Below, piece by piece: positions 61,758 to 64,000 of a stretch of 64,000 nt of DNA. The translations under genes and the position numbers were made by a program. A model generated the notes under the pieces. It was not told where the DNA came from. It worked only from the letters and a program-made list of their open reading frames with translations, and searched no databases. Position 1 is the first letter of the stretch. Each line of letters starts with the position of its first letter. Location of the stretch: the NCBI GenBank assembly GCA_963828525.1, contig CAWHEP010000004.1:160001-224000 (forward strand), written 5' to 3'. The DNA comes from an uncultured Verrucomicrobiae bacterium (lineage in GTDB: Bacteria > Verrucomicrobiota > Verrucomicrobiia > Chthoniobacterales > Chthoniobacteraceae).

Positions 61758-64000
61758 ATGCAGGGTGGAGGAGCCTCCGGATGCAGCGGCTGTGGCAGCG
61801 GGCTGGGAGGGACAGGCAGTCATCTCAGCACTGTGATCCTGCCGAGTGGAAAAACAGAGCAGATTAACTACGATCTGGCATGGCGCAAGACGAGCGACAC
61901 TGTTGGATACAACACGGCTGCGGCGGCCACGGCGCTGTACGGGTACGATGCGGATGGAAACGCCGTGAAGGTCACTGACCCGCTTGGCAACGCCACCACC
62001 CTGACCTATGATAAACTCGACCGCAAGTCCAGCAGGAGCGATCCGCTCGGGCACGTGACATCGTGGACCTTTGATGCAGCCGGGAATGTCCTGACGGCGG
62101 TGCGGCCGGATAGCGGAGTCACCTCGTACGCCTACGACCCGATGAATCGTCTCACGCAAACGAGGGATCCCTTAAATCAGATCACCCTGCGCTCATACGA
62201 CGCATCCGGTAACCTGATCAGCTTGACCGATCCCAATGGCCATGCAACCACGTTCAGCTACGATTTGAGAAATCGCAAGGCGCAGATGAGCTACGCGGAT
62301 GGCACGCGCGAAGGCTGGGGTTATGACGCGGCGGGCAATGCCGTCAGCTACGCGGCACGAGCTGGCCAGGCGAGCACATCCCTTTTTGACACGCGGAACC
62401 GGGTCACGGATACCACGTGGAACGACGGAGTAACCCCGGAGGTAACCACCAGCTACGATTCCGTGGGGCGCATCCTAACCCTGAATAACAGCAATAGCGC
62501 GCTTTCATACACCTACGATGACGCGGGCGAACGCCTGAGCGAGACGCAGAACATTACAAACGGCCCCGGGGCGAAGACGGTGGCTTACGCCTACGATGCG
62601 GACGGGAACCGTTCGAGCCTGACTACGCCGGACGGCTCGGCAATTGGTTACGCCTATACCACCCGCAATCAAATGGCGAGCGTGAGGGCAAGCAACCAGG
62701 CCATTGCTACGTATGCCTACGATCTGGTGGGGCGCCGCGCAAGCGCGGTCCTCGCGAACGGAGTTACCTCCACGGCCAGCTATGACGCGGCGGGCCGGCT
62801 TCTCTCGCTGGCGCATCAAGCGGGCGGCGCGACGCTGGCATCGTATTCCTATGCTTACAATGCGGTGAATGACCGCACGAGCGTCACCTATGCGTCGGGA
62901 CTCGGAGATGTGTATTCCTACGACGCTACCGACCAGCTGTTGGGCGCGCAATATGGAGCGTCCAACCCCGCTGGAACTCCCTCCAATGCGCAGAGCACGG
63001 AGGCGTTTACATACGATGCCGCTGGCAATCGCGGAAGCCTGACTCTTAACGGCACATCCACCAGCTATACGCAAACACGGTTAACCAATATACCCAGGCT
63101 GGCAGCAACTCCTTTGGCTATGACGGTAATGGGAACCTGTCCGTGGGGCTGGCAGGATCCACTCCGTGGACCTATGATGCTCAGAACCGGCTGGTGAGCG
63201 CGGTTACCGCAAACGGAGTGACGATGACGATAGCCTACGATGCTCTAAACCGCCCCGTGATGCGGAGCGAGTCGACTGGCTCCGCTCCCGCCTTCCTGGT
63301 GTATGATGGCTGGAACCTGGTGGATGAATATGCTGGGAACGCGTTTCAGTACAATTACCTCCACGGGGCGCAGCCCGATGAGATGCTTACCCGGACGGAT
63401 AGTGGAGGCAATGCCGTGTACTATCTCCGCGACGGACTGGGAAGCGTGAGGGCATTGACCGATGCGAGCGCGAACGTTCTGGAGCTATACAACTATGACG
63501 TATACGGTCAACCGACCTTCAGCAACGCGGTCGGCGCGGCGCTCGCCGGATCCGCGAATGGGAACCGATTCCTTTTCACAGGGCGGGAGTATTTGTCCGA
63601 CATCGGCGTTTACGATTACCGCAATCGACGTCTACTCCCCCAATTTCGGCAGGTTCTTGCAGACGGATCCTATTCGACTCAGCCGCGATCCACTCGGAGA
63701 AGCAGGGGGAATCAACCTTTATGGGTATGTGACGAACAACCCTCTCAATCTTACAGATATCTACGGTCTGCAAGGGCTACCTGCTCCTGACTCTGTAAAC
63801 GCAAATCCCAGTATAGCGGCTCAAGCAGCGGCGGATTTCGACGGAACCGTAGCCCCCCAAGCTGCTAGAACCGAAGCGGCCAACTTAAACGAGCAGCTTG
63901 CTATGCAAGAGGCGCAAGGCGGTGCCGGAGACCCTATTATGGAGGGAAAAATTAATGATCCCAATTATCCAGCGGACCAATATACGAAAATGCAGCATGT
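61758..64000 (+). pseudogene. 5'-truncated RHS protein with C-terminal toxin running off the window (frameshifts near 63070 and 63630)
   Basis: Many YD repeats, DGLGSV, FTGRE, GRFLQTDP, NLYGYV.NNP...DIYGL. Confidence 0.9.

Noticed and set aside
1..64000. tRNA, rRNA, parS sites, reverse transcriptase
   Set aside because: None recognised by eye; a computational scan would be needed to exclude them

Overview
GC-rich bacterial chromosome segment. The gene content and a PEP-CTERM remnant suggest Verrucomicrobiota or a related PVC lineage; this is inference. The backbone holds a surface-glycan cluster (1.3-11.1 kb), DUF72, rlpA, an MNT antitoxin, a porin, smc, an M20 peptidase, an O-acetylesterase, LigD-Pol coupled to an AddA-like helicase, parA, a sugar-acid catabolic cluster, DegT, an aldo/keto reductase, permeases, rmuC, an ECF sigma factor, an HDAC-family protein, an acyl-CoA ligase, rpmE, prfA and an HtrA protease. 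Many genes carry single-base frameshifts, probably long-read errors. Two accessory islands (about 19.9-26.4 kb and 59.2-64 kb) combine RHS toxin/immunity modules, IS66 relics and a RAYT-type HUH transposase bounded by 15-bp terminal inverted repeats; two of its right ends abut truncated RHS-like sequence. Most notable signals: (i) a duplicated ~130-nt structured element with compensatory base changes that brackets the RHS cassette array; (ii) the RAYT/RHS association, including a captured pyrG fragment; (iii) two Gly-rich RHS C-terminal toxins with membrane immunity partners; (iv) a visible RHS tip-swap scar; (v) tandem NrdR-like boxes upstream of smc.
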